Shown: piece after piece, positions 1 through 8,075 of the stretch
Layout: each line of letters opens with the position of its first letter
How positions within the stretch are numbered: the stretch's first letter is position 1
Assembly: GCA_963725875.1 (NCBI GenBank)
Contig: CAVRZZ010000006.1
Location: 199,531 to 263,530, forward strand
Length of the DNA: 64,000 bases
Direction: 5' to 3'
Source of the DNA: an uncultured Chloroflexia bacterium
Lineage (GTDB): Bacteria > Chloroflexota > Limnocylindria > Limnocylindrales > CSP1-4
The notes under the pieces: generated by a model
Databases searched by the model: none
Seen by the model: only the letters and a program-made list of their open reading frames with translations
What the model was told of the DNA's origin: nothing
Program-made: the position numbers and the translations under genes

Positions 1-2
1 AC

Positions 3-716
3 GCCGCCCATGCGTTCCCGAGTCGGGTCGCCGGGCCGACAGGCCGCTACGCCGGCACCTTCGGACGGGCGGGCGCCTTCTCGTTCTACGCGACGAAGAC
101 GATGACGACCGGTGAAGGCGGGATGCTGGTCACCGACGACGATTCGATCGCGGCACGAGCACGGATCATGTCGCTGCACGGGATCAGCCGCGACGCGTGG
201 AACCGGTATGCGGCGAGCGGTTCCTGGTACTACGAGATCGAGGACGCCGGCTACAAGTACAACATGACCGACATCGCCGCGGCCCTCGGGCTGGTCCAGC
301 TCGATCGCGCCGACGAGCTGCTCGCGGCCCGCCGGGAGCTTGCCGACGCCTACACCGCCCGCCTGGGCCAACCCCCGCTCGGCGACCTGGTCGAGCTGCC
401 CGTCGACGCGCCCGACGGTTCCCATGCCTGGCACCTGTACATCATCCGGCTCGAGCTCGACCGTCTCACGGTGGACCGGGCGCAGGTCATCGAGGCGCTG
501 AAGGAGCGCGGCATCGGGACGAGCGTGCACTTCATCCCCCTGCACCTCCACCCGTACTACCGGCAGCGCTGGGGCTACGCGGCCCAGGACCTGCCGGTCG
601 CGGCGGCGGAGTACGAGCGGGTCATCTCGCTCCCGCTCTGGCCCGGGATGTCAACCGCCGACATCGATCGCGTGGTGGACGGACTGACTGCGGTGCTCCT
701 CCTGGCCCGCCGCTGA
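3..716 (+). CDS. DegT/DnrJ/EryC1/StrS-family PLP-dependent sugar aminotransferase, 5' end cut by window edge
   Basis: Frame is open from base 3. GAFSFYATKTMTTGEGGML (PLP-lysine region) continues into track ORF 102..716, which has a typical C-terminal domain. Confidence 0.85.
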   Translation, partial: AAHAFPSRVAGPTGRYAGTFGRAGAFSFYATKTMTTGEGGMLVTDDDSIAARARIMSLHGISRDAWNRYAASGSWYYEIEDAGYKYNMTDIAAALGLVQLDRADELLAARRELADAYTARLGQPPLGDLVELPVDAPDGSHAWHLYIIRLELDRLTVDRAQVIEALKERGIGTSVHFIPLHLHPYYRQRWGYAAQDLPVAAAEYERVISLPLWPGMSTADIDRVVDGLTAVLLLARR

Positions 717-783
717 CTCCCGGGCCCACGACCGGGCACAATCACGGTGCCGCCCAAGCCTTCTTCAGGCGCCAGGAGACCGC

Positions 784-1404
784 GTGAACCTGCTCGAGAT
801 CCCGGCCATCCTGGACGGCTACTCCGGGTTCCTGCCGGGGTTCGTCGCCACCCTCGTCGTGGGCCTGGCGCTGGCCAGGCCTGTCGGCCGATCGCTCGGC
901 GTACGGCCGGTCCTCGGGTTCGCGCTGGTCGTGGGCGTCGGGCTTGCCCTTTCGGCCACCGTGACGCCCAGCCACGAGGCGCTCGCGCACGGGATCCGGG
1001 GCTCGGGGACGTGCGATCTTGGCCGCATCGGGCGGCCTTCACTGGCCGAGCTGGCCTGGCCCGGCGAGGCCCTGCTCAACATCCTTCTCTTCGTTCCGCT
1101 CGGCGCTGCGATCGGGCTCTGCCCGCCGTCCCGGGCCAAGCTCGGGGTCGTCGCGTTGGCGTATGCCATGCCGCTCGCGATCGAGGCGATCCAGCTCGTT
1201 GCGACCCCGCTCGGGCGCGAGTGCCAGAGCGCCGACGTGGTCGACAACCTGACCGGCCTGACGCTGGCGATCACGGCGGCCACCCTGGTGCGCTGGACGG
1301 TGGCGGTGCTCGCCTCCTGGCTGCACCGCGGCCGGGAGGTTGGTCAGCTACGACAGGACGGTCCGGACGGTCCTCGCGAGGATCCTGAGGTCCAGCCACG
1401 CTGA
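784..1404 (+). CDS. VanZ-like family membrane protein
   Basis: GTG start preceded by AGGAG. Several TM segments, plus NILLFVPLG and DVVDNLTG motifs typical of VanZ-like proteins. The 3' end overlaps the convergent gene. Confidence 0.6.
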   Translation: MNLLEIPAILDGYSGFLPGFVATLVVGLALARPVGRSLGVRPVLGFALVVGVGLALSATVTPSHEALAHGIRGSGTCDLGRIGRPSLAELAWPGEALLNILLFVPLGAAIGLCPPSRAKLGVVALAYAMPLAIEAIQLVATPLGRECQSADVVDNLTGLTLAITAATLVRWTVAVLASWLHRGREVGQLRQDGPDGPREDPEVQPR

Positions 1405-1941
1405 CTGGTGCTCCAGGTACTCGAGGTCGAGCCGGAGCTTGGCCGGAAGGATGTCCCGCCGATAGAGCTCCTCGACGTCGGGCCCGACCAGCAGCCGTGC
1501 CTCGTCGTGGAAGTCCAGCTGGGCGAGCCCGGTGATCCCGGGCTTCGCCGTGAAGACGCGCCGGTGGACCGGGTTCGACCAGTCGACGAACGTCGGGTCT
1601 TCCGGCCGGGGGCCAACCAGGGACATCTCCCCGCGGACGACGTTCAGAAGCTGGGGCAGCTCGTCGATTCGGTAGCGGCGCAGGATGCGCCCGAGGGGCG
1701 TTACCCGGCGGTCCCGCGATCCGGTGATGCCGGCGCCCCGGGATCCCTCGACCATCGTCCGGACCTTCAGGACCGTGATGGTCGCTCCCCTCTCGCCGAC
1801 GCGCGGGGCCCGGTACAGGAAGGGGCCGCGGTCGCCGGTGAGGCGCATCGCCAGGGCGACCCCGGCGAGGATGGGCACGGCAACCGCGAGTGCCACGCAA
1901 CCCAGGATCAGATCGAGAACCCGCTTCGAGTGCACGCACAT
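1348..1941 (-). CDS. Undecaprenyl-phosphate sugar phosphotransferase (small bacterial sugar transferase, PglC/WbaP C-terminal type)
   Basis: N-terminal re-entrant helix, then PFLYRAPRVG, DELPQLLNVVRGEMSLVGPRP and KPGITGLAQ motifs. Confidence 0.9.
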   Translation of the reverse strand: MCVHSKRVLDLILGCVALAVAVPILAGVALAMRLTGDRGPFLYRAPRVGERGATITVLKVRTMVEGSRGAGITGSRDRRVTPLGRILRRYRIDELPQLLNVVRGEMSLVGPRPEDPTFVDWSNPVHRRVFTAKPGITGLAQLDFHDEARLLVGPDVEELYRRDILPAKLRLDLEYLEHQSAWLDLRILARTVRTVLS

Positions 1942-2154
1942 GCTCCCAGGGGCATCCGGCGTCCATCGACGGGAGCCTGCAGCCCAAGGGGTCGAGCATA
2001 GCGAAGGACCGCGGTCGCGCGGGCGAAGCTGGTGCGCGGCGGAACCATGTTCGACGCGGCAAAGCTGATCCGGCCTTCGCGGCCGGTGGCTGTCGGCGTG
2101 ACCGGTTCACGGGGCCACGGGGCGGGCGCAGGCGTTCCGTGGCATCCTGCGTTG

Positions 2155-2856
2155 ATGGTTCGTCGAGCGGGGACCCGCGTCGTCCAGGGCGTGCTCGCTG
2201 CTGCCCTCTCGGTGGCCGTCGTGGCCCCTGGAGCAGGCGCGGTCTCACCCATCGAGATCGCCGGCCCCGCGCCGTCTGTACCCGCCGGGCCGGCGCAGGC
2301 CGAGCGCCCGCTGCGGATCCTGCCAACGAGCCTGCTGGTCACCCTCCGCCCCGGTGCGGATCTCGCGGCCGTGGACGCGGCCGCGGCCACGCTCGGCCTG
2401 GCGCGGGTGGCGTGGGACGCCGACCTGCGCACGGCGCAGTACGTCGCCGTCGCGCCGGACGGGATCGAGCCGGCCGGCGCGGGCATGCGCGCCGGCGCGG
2501 GCGGGCCCGCCGCCGCCGCGATCTCGGCCGCCGGCCGGGAGAACGGGCGGGAGCGGTCACGGCTCGCGCGCCTCGGCGCGGCGCTTCGGGGCATTGACGG
2601 GGTGGCGGCCGCCGCGGTCCCCGTGCGGTTCGAGATCGTCGCGGATCCGATTCCCGAGCCGACTCCGACCCCCGATCCCACGCCGACACCTACGCCGGAT
2701 CCCACGCCGACGCCCGAGCCGACACAGCCGTCCGACCGACGCCGACGCCGTCCCCCGCCCCCACGCCTCCCCCACCCGTGGCAGCCCCCAACGACCCGTC
2801 CTGGAGCCGCCAGTGGGGCCTCGAGGCGATCGGGGTGCGCGAGGCCTGGGCCATGA
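2155..2856 (+). CDS. N-terminal part of the S8 protease (signal peptide, I9-like propeptide, Pro/Thr linker), separated from the catalytic domain by a frame break
   Basis: MVRRAGTRVVQGVLAAALSVAVVAPGAGA signal, propeptide-like LLVTLRPGADLAAVD...VPVRFEIV, then [27 protein letters not shown]. After about 2735 this frame becomes an Arg/Pro artefact. Confidence 0.6.
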   Translation: MVRRAGTRVVQGVLAAALSVAVVAPGAGAVSPIEIAGPAPSVPAGPAQAERPLRILPTSLLVTLRPGADLAAVDAAAATLGLARVAWDADLRTAQYVAVAPDGIEPAGAGMRAGAGGPAAAAISAAGRENGRERSRLARLGAALRGIDGVAAAAVPVRFEIVADPIPEPTPTPDPTPTPTPDPTPTPEPTQPSDRRRRRPPPPRLPHPWQPPTTRPGAASGASRRSGCARPGP

Positions 2857-4265
2857 CCCGGGGCCGTGCCGAGATCGTCGTCGCCGTCCTCGACACCGGC
2901 GTCGACCTGCGCCACCCCGACCTGGCGGGCCGCCTGATCCCCGGCACCGACGTCGGGTCGGGCGACGGCGACCCCACCGACGAGAACGGCCACGGGACGC
3001 ACGTGGCGGGGATCATCGCGGCCGCGTCGGGCAACGCGCGGGGCGTCAGCGGGGCGGCGCCGCGCGTCGTCGTCATGCCGGTGAAGGTCGCCAACGACAA
3101 CGGCAGCATCTGGGACGTCACGGTGGCCCGGGGGATGGACTGGGCCATCTCCCGCGGGGCCCGCGTGATCAACCTGAGCCTCGGCGGCGCCAACGCCAGC
3201 CCGACGGTGAACGCGGCGATCGATCGTGCGCGGTCCCGCGGCGTCGTCGTGGTTGCCGCGGCCGGCAACGGCGGGGACCTCGTCAGCCAGCCCGGGGCCT
3301 ACCCGCCGGCGCTCGCCGTGGCCGCCGTGGCGGACCGTGGCGCGGCCTACGGCGCCCCCGGCGCGGCCGAGCGATACGCCAGGGCGTCGTACAGCAACAC
3401 CGGTCCGGAGGTGGACCTCGCCGCCCCCGGCACGTCCATCTTCTCGACGGTCCCCGTGCGGGCGGGCTCCTATGCCAGCATCTCCGGGACCTCCATGGCG
3501 ACACCGTTCGTGTCGGCGGCGGCCGCGCTCGTGCTGTCCCGCGACCCGTCGCTCACGGCCGCGCAGGTCGAGGCCGCCCTCGTCGGCACGGCGCTGGACC
3601 TCGGGCCCGCCGGCCCGGACTCCGAGACGGGCGCCGGGCTCCTGCGTGCCGGCGCGGCGGCCTGGTCCGTGACGCCCCCCGCGGCGGACGGCGGGGCACC
3701 GGCCGTGCGCATCTCGGGGATCGCCGACGGCACGCTGGTCCGCGGCACGAAGACGCTCTCGATCGCCGCGACCGACCCCTCGCCGATCGTCGCCCTGCGC
3801 GCCTACCGCGACGGCACGTACCTGCTCGTCCGGCGGGCCGCGAGCTTCTCGCTGGCCTGGAGCTCGACCGGGGTCCGCGACGGCCTCCACGCCTGGACCG
3901 CCTACGCCACCGATTCCGGCCTGGGCGTCGGCTCGGCGAAGGTGCGGGTCCTGGTCGCGAACGACCGGGCGGTGGCGTCGGTCCGGGCCTCGCTGCGCAT
4001 GACGGGGGCTGCCCGTTCGCTCACGCGGACGGTCAGGCTGGGACGGGCGAGCCCGTTCGTCGCCCGCTTCACGGGCCCGGCGGGGTCGGCGCTCCGGGTG
4101 CGCGTCCTGAGCTCCACCGGCCGTGTCGTCGCCGACGTACGCGGCACCGGCTCCGCCGCGGTCGCGCTCTCGTCGCTGCGCGCCGGCCGCTACTCGATCC
4201 GGGCCTCGGCCGGGACGTCGGTGTCCGGCCGCTACCTGCGCCTCTCGGCCGACTGGTTCCGCTGA
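2778..4265 (+). CDS. Subtilisin-like serine protease (peptidase S8) catalytic domain plus C-terminal beta-rich domains
   Basis: Catalytic triad motifs VAVLDTGVD, HGTHVAGII and SGTSMATPFVSAAAAL. This frame has no signal peptide of its own. The frame upstream of 2778 reads PTPTPSPAPTPPPPVAAPNDPSW. Confidence 0.92.
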   Translation: MAAPNDPSWSRQWGLEAIGVREAWAMTRGRAEIVVAVLDTGVDLRHPDLAGRLIPGTDVGSGDGDPTDENGHGTHVAGIIAAASGNARGVSGAAPRVVVMPVKVANDNGSIWDVTVARGMDWAISRGARVINLSLGGANASPTVNAAIDRARSRGVVVVAAAGNGGDLVSQPGAYPPALAVAAVADRGAAYGAPGAAERYARASYSNTGPEVDLAAPGTSIFSTVPVRAGSYASISGTSMATPFVSAAAALVLSRDPSLTAAQVEAALVGTALDLGPAGPDSETGAGLLRAGAAAWSVTPPAADGGAPAVRISGIADGTLVRGTKTLSIAATDPSPIVALRAYRDGTYLLVRRAASFSLAWSSTGVRDGLHAWTAYATDSGLGVGSAKVRVLVANDRAVASVRASLRMTGAARSLTRTVRLGRASPFVARFTGPAGSALRVRVLSSTGRVVADVRGTGSAAVALSSLRAGRYSIRASAGTSVSGRYLRLSADWFR

Positions 4266-4358
4266 CCCTCGGCGCACCGAGCGCGTGCGCCGGGTTCGGT
4301 CGACCCGCGGGTGGCAGCGGTGGCGGCCAAGCCCCGGGAGGCCGTCGCGGACGACGGC

Positions 4359-5246
4359 TCAGGGCAGCGTCAGGGCGCTCGGGTTCGCCGTGGTGTCGTG
4401 GGCGATCTCGACGTTGCGGGTGCCGCCGGTGGCCACGAGCTTGACCTCGATGCGCCGGCCGGCCGGCACCGGGACGCTCGAGAGCGACCATGCCAGGTCG
4501 AGCTCGACCCACGCCTGGTTGCTGGCGGCGGCGACGGTGGCGTTGGCGGCGCCGAGCTCCGTGTACGTCGACGTCCCGGGGTCGAAGACTCGCAGGAACG
4601 CGCGCAGCGTGGGGTTCGTGCCGCCCGTCGAGGTCTTGCGTGCCCAGACCGCGAGGGTCGCCGTCCCGTTGAGCGTGCGCGCCGACGCGAGGACGGCCGA
4701 GCGCCAGGTCGCGTAGTTGCAGGTTGTCGCCTCGCCCACGAGCCCGGCGCCGCGCGTGATCGACCGGCCGGCGCGGCTGTCACAGTTCGTGTCGTAGTTG
4801 CGCAGGACGGCCGCCGACGGCGCGGCGGCGTTGAGCGGCAGGTTGAACTGGGCCGTCGTGTTCGCGGTCGGCGGGGTCGGGTTGTTGTGCAGGTACCAGG
4901 TGGTTGTGACCGACCAGGTGCCCGTCGCGAACGTGGTGGACGCCACGGCAGTCGTGTCGCTGAAGCGCGCGAGCACCACGCGGGTCCCGGCGAACGCGAC
5001 GGCGATGGCGCCCACGACGAGGCCGACCGCCAGCAGTGCGGCCAGGCGACGGCGCACATGCGATCGGCGCGGCGCCCGACCCCCGGACGGGAGCGGCTCA
5101 GCGGCGGGCACGAGCGCCGGCGCGGGCGCGAGCGCCAGCACCGACCGCGGGGCGACGTGGAGGCGACGGGCCGGCCGCACAGCCGCGGTTCCCGGCGGGC
5201 GCTGCCGTCGACGCACGCTCCGCCGGCGCGACCCCTGGTCGCTCAT
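4359..5246 (-). CDS. Secreted protein with SipW/TasA-class signal peptide and an uncharacterised mature domain
   Basis: RRRLAALLAVGLVVGAIAVAFAGTRVVLARFSDTTAVASTTFATGTW. The ATG at 5246 forms an ATGA overlap with the sipW stop. Start uncertain (an internal GTG is possible). Confidence 0.7.
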   Translation of the reverse strand: MSDQGSRRRSVRRRQRPPGTAAVRPARRLHVAPRSVLALAPAPALVPAAEPLPSGGRAPRRSHVRRRLAALLAVGLVVGAIAVAFAGTRVVLARFSDTTAVASTTFATGTWSVTTTWYLHNNPTPPTANTTAQFNLPLNAAAPSAAVLRNYDTNCDSRAGRSITRGAGLVGEATTCNYATWRSAVLASARTLNGTATLAVWARKTSTGGTNPTLRAFLRVFDPGTSTYTELGAANATVAAASNQAWVELDLAWSLSSVPVPAGRRIEVKLVATGGTRNVEIAHDTTANPSALTLP

Positions 5247-6085
5247 GCCGCGAGGCTTCCGTCGTGGGCGACGAGGTCGGCATCCGGCGCGGCGGCCGCG
5301 CCCGCAGCGGCCGGCCCGTCGGGCGCCGTCGCCAGGCCGCGTCGGCGCGGGTTCCGGCGGTCCGCCTCGAGGATCACGGGCGTGCCCGGATCGCGCGCCC
5401 GGCCGTTCTCGCGCACCCACGTCGGCGAGGCCGCGATGGCGAACGCCGGCAGGGCGGAGAGGAAGCCGGGGGCGGTCGACCCGGCGGGGCGATGACGGCG
5501 ATGACCGACCGTGGCGAGGCCGGCGGCGGCCGCGAGGCCGGCGGCGGGGCCGACGGCCGCACGTTCGGCGGCGCAGATCGGGCACCGCTCGTCCTCGAGG
5601 TCCTCGAGGATCCAGACCAAGAGCAGGACCATCGCGCCCAGGGCCAGGAAGCCGGCAAGGCCCATGGCGGTCCCGAGGGTCAGGGAGACGTAACCGAGGA
5701 GCGGGAGGCTCACCGCGGTGCGCCCGACGATGGCGGCGACGGGCACGATCGCGGGATCCGGCCCCGGGTTCGCGTCGCCCTTCGTCTCGACGTAGGGGAC
5801 GCCGTCGAGCTCGGCCAAGCGGGTGATGCGGTGCGTGTATGGGGTCGACGCGCCCTGCTGGACCGTGACGACGTCGCCGATGGCGTAGCCCTCGGCGCCC
5901 GCCGGCAGCGCCAGGACCAGCGCGCCGCGGGTGATCGTCGGCTCCATCGAGCCGCCGCCGATGACGAGCGCGCGCCCGCCGAGGACGGGCGCCAGGAGCG
6001 TGATCCCGGCCGTCACCGTGACGGTGAGGACGGCCGCGAGCAGGAGCGCTTCGAGCAGGCGGCGGGTCCAGCGGAGAGCGGTCAT
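5243..6085 (-). CDS. sipW: Signal peptidase I, archaeal/SipW type (S26B), with a long C-terminal extension
   Basis: N-terminal TM, then GGSMEPT (Ser nucleophile), YTHRI (His) and VETKGDAN, then a second TM. About 110 extra residues follow it. Confidence 0.85.
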   Translation of the reverse strand: MTALRWTRRLLEALLLAAVLTVTVTAGITLLAPVLGGRALVIGGGSMEPTITRGALVLALPAGAEGYAIGDVVTVQQGASTPYTHRITRLAELDGVPYVETKGDANPGPDPAIVPVAAIVGRTAVSLPLLGYVSLTLGTAMGLAGFLALGAMVLLLVWILEDLEDERCPICAAERAAVGPAAGLAAAAGLATVGHRRHRPAGSTAPGFLSALPAFAIAASPTWVRENGRARDPGTPVILEADRRNPRRRGLATAPDGPAAAGAAAAPDADLVAHDGSLAA

Positions 6086-6140
6086 TCGGGTCCCGGTGGG
6101 TCGGCTGGTCGGGTCAGGTGGCGGGTGACGGGTGGGCGAA

Positions 6141-6171
6141 GGCCCGCGGCCGGCGATGCCGGCCGCGGGCC
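6141..6171 (-). terminator. Perfect 14-bp stem hairpin between the tasA-like and sipW genes (intercistronic attenuator or stabiliser candidate)
   Basis: ggcccgcggccggc-gat-gccggccgcgggcc lies about 20 nt after the tasA-like stop. There is no clear U-tract. Confidence 0.45.
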
Positions 6172-6190
6172 AGGGGTCGCGCGGGAGCCC

Positions 6191-6784
6191 TTACGGGTTG
6201 TTGGCGGTCTGCTCCGCGTCGAAGGTGAAGGTCACGCTCGTCGAGGTGTTCTGGAACGTGTCGTCGGTCGACAGCGGGAGGGTCGCCCGGAAGCAGAGCG
6301 TCTCGCTGCCGCCGCCGGCCAGCGTCCGGTCACCGGCCTGGGGACCCTGGACGTTGCTGCCGATCGCTGCGGCGCTGAGGGCACCCGCCGTCACCACCGT
6401 GGTGCCGTCGAAGGCGGTGCAGCTCGTGCCGAGCGTCTTGACCGTGAGCTGCAGCTGAGCGGCCAGGGCCGGGCCGGTGACGACCGCCGTGCCCATCGCG
6501 TAGCGCAGGGCGCCGGTGCCCGTGTTCTGCACGAGCAGGGGCTGGGTGGTCGTGTCGCCCGGCAGCATGTTGCTCACGCTGAAGAGCGCCGTCGCCGGGG
6601 TCGTCGAGATGCTGATGGTGCCGGTCGCGAACGCGTTGCCCGTCACCGCCTGCGAGTCCGTGAAGATCGCGAGCGAGAGGGCACCGGCGCCGAGCGAGCC
6701 GCTGACGAGCGCGAGGGCAAGGAGCGCGGCGAGGCGGCGGCGGCGGCGGCGCCCGTGCGCGTGCGCGGGGGTCGTCTGGTCCAT
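6191..6784 (-). CDS. TasA/camelysin-like (Peptidase_M73-like) secreted protein with SipW-class signal peptide
   Basis: RRRRRRLAALLALALVSGSLGAGALSLAIFTDSQAVTGNAFATGT, then NMLPGDTTTQPLLVQNTGTGALRY. GGGAG SD before the ATG. Confidence 0.85.
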   Translation of the reverse strand: MDQTTPAHAHGRRRRRRLAALLALALVSGSLGAGALSLAIFTDSQAVTGNAFATGTISISTTPATALFSVSNMLPGDTTTQPLLVQNTGTGALRYAMGTAVVTGPALAAQLQLTVKTLGTSCTAFDGTTVVTAGALSAAAIGSNVQGPQAGDRTLAGGGSETLCFRATLPLSTDDTFQNTSTSVTFTFDAEQTANNP

Positions 6785-7085
6785 GAGTCTCCCTTTCCGG
6801 CGGGCGCGACGTCCCGCGATGACGCCCGGCGTGGATCCGCGCCGACTGGGCGCCCGGTCCGGGCCTGCTCCCCGGATTGGACTGCACGAACCCGGACCGT
6901 CGCAATGGGACCCGTGGTCCGCCGGCCCGGTACCTTGGTCCGGACGCGGGCACCGGGGGTGCAGCGGAAGCGGTGCGCGGTGCCCCCGTGCCCCGGTCGT
7001 ACGGTGCCTCGGCGCGCCGCGGGGCGCCGCGGGGCGCCGCGGGGCACAGCGCGGCGCCGCGACCCTCGCGCCCCCCGGTGCCCGG

Positions 7086-7505
7086 TCAGCCGGCCACGAC
7101 CTCGACGCCCTCGGCCTCCGCGGCCCGGGCGAGCACGTTGTCGAGCGTCGCCAGCTGTCCGTCGACGTCGATGGCGAGCTGGAGGTACAGGGCGTCGTAG
7201 ACCGTCAGCCGGTGGCGATCGGCGAGATCGAGCGCGTCGACGACGCCGGCCACCCCGCGGTCGGCAGTCTCGATCCCGGCGCGAGCGGCTGCGACGACGG
7301 TGAGCCCCGCGCGACCGGGCTCGAAGCGGCGACCGAGCAGAAGGGCGTTGCCCAGCTCCGCCCAGAAGTGCGAGGGCACCAGGCGCGTGCGGCCGTCGCG
7401 AGCCCACTCGGCCCAGCGGTCGAGGTGCGGCCCGCCCTCCAGCAGGGCCTCGACCGCGAACGACGCGTCGAGGACCACGGGCGGCCGGGGCGCCGAGAAG
7501 CTCAC
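7086..7505 (-). CDS. vapC: PIN-domain ribonuclease toxin VapC
   Basis: GTG start 4 nt after the antitoxin stop. VVLDASFAVEALL, FWAELGNALL and TVYDALYLQLA acidic PIN signature. Confidence 0.85.
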   Translation of the reverse strand: MSFSAPRPPVVLDASFAVEALLEGGPHLDRWAEWARDGRTRLVPSHFWAELGNALLLGRRFEPGRAGLTVVAAARAGIETADRGVAGVVDALDLADRHRLTVYDALYLQLAIDVDGQLATLDNVLARAAEAEGVEVVAG

Positions 7506-7509
7506 GCCG

Positions 7510-7842
7510 TCACGCGGGACGATCGGGGCCGGGTGCCGTTGTCGAGCGCGCCCGCCTCCCGCTTCCGTCGGGCTTCCGGTCCCGGTCTCTCCGCACGAAC
7601 GCCGCGGCGTCCCACCCCGGAGGGGCGGGCGGGGCCTCTGCCACGAGTCGCCGGATCTCGGCGAGGGCGGCCAGCTGGCGCTCGGCACGGCGGGCCGGGT
7701 CGGCATCGGCGAGGTCGCTGAGGGGCACGAGGGCGGCCAGCGGGATTCCTGCTCGCTCGATGACGATCCGCTCGCCCGCCGCCGCCTCGTCGAGCAGCTG
7801 CCCGAAACGACGGCGCACGTCGAGGGCGCTGACGGTCTTCAT
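7510..7842 (-). CDS. Phd/YefM-family type II antitoxin
   Basis: MKTVSALDVRRRFGQLLDEAAAGERIVIERAGIPLAALVPLSDL, immediately upstream of vapC. Confidence 0.85.
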   Translation of the reverse strand: MKTVSALDVRRRFGQLLDEAAAGERIVIERAGIPLAALVPLSDLADADPARRAERQLAALAEIRRLVAEAPPAPPGWDAAAFVRRDRDRKPDGSGRRARSTTAPGPDRPA

Positions 7843-7846
7843 GCAA

Positions 7847-7875
7847 CCATCATAGCACTCACATATCCATCATAG
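7847..7875 (-). promoter_or_regulatory. Two 9-bp direct repeats (minus strand CTATGATGG) 20 bp apart; the proximal copy gives an extended -10 (TGcTATGAT) 6 nt before the antitoxin ATG
   Basis: Plus strand ccatcatag occurs at 7847-7855 and 7867-7875, inside an AT-richer pocket. Confidence 0.5.
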
Positions 7876-8075
7876 ATCTCTGCCCGAGTCGTCCCCAGCC
7901 GCTCGAACTCATGGGCCGCGGTCCGCCTGCGCCCGAAGAGGCTGGACGGTCGGGCCGCCGCGGGAGCCCTCGTCCTGCGTGGGCTCCACCCAGTGCGGTG
8001 GTCGGCACCCTTCGGTCATGATGGCCGCGTCCGCGGGCGCCTCGCGAACCGCGGCACCGGGCTGCCATCGCCCGC

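Noticed and set aside
1908-4277. 789-aa minus-strand ORF opposite the S8 protease
   Set aside because: It is antisense to a gene with unambiguous S8 triad motifs. Its own translation is Arg/Gly/Asp/Pro-rich with no motifs.
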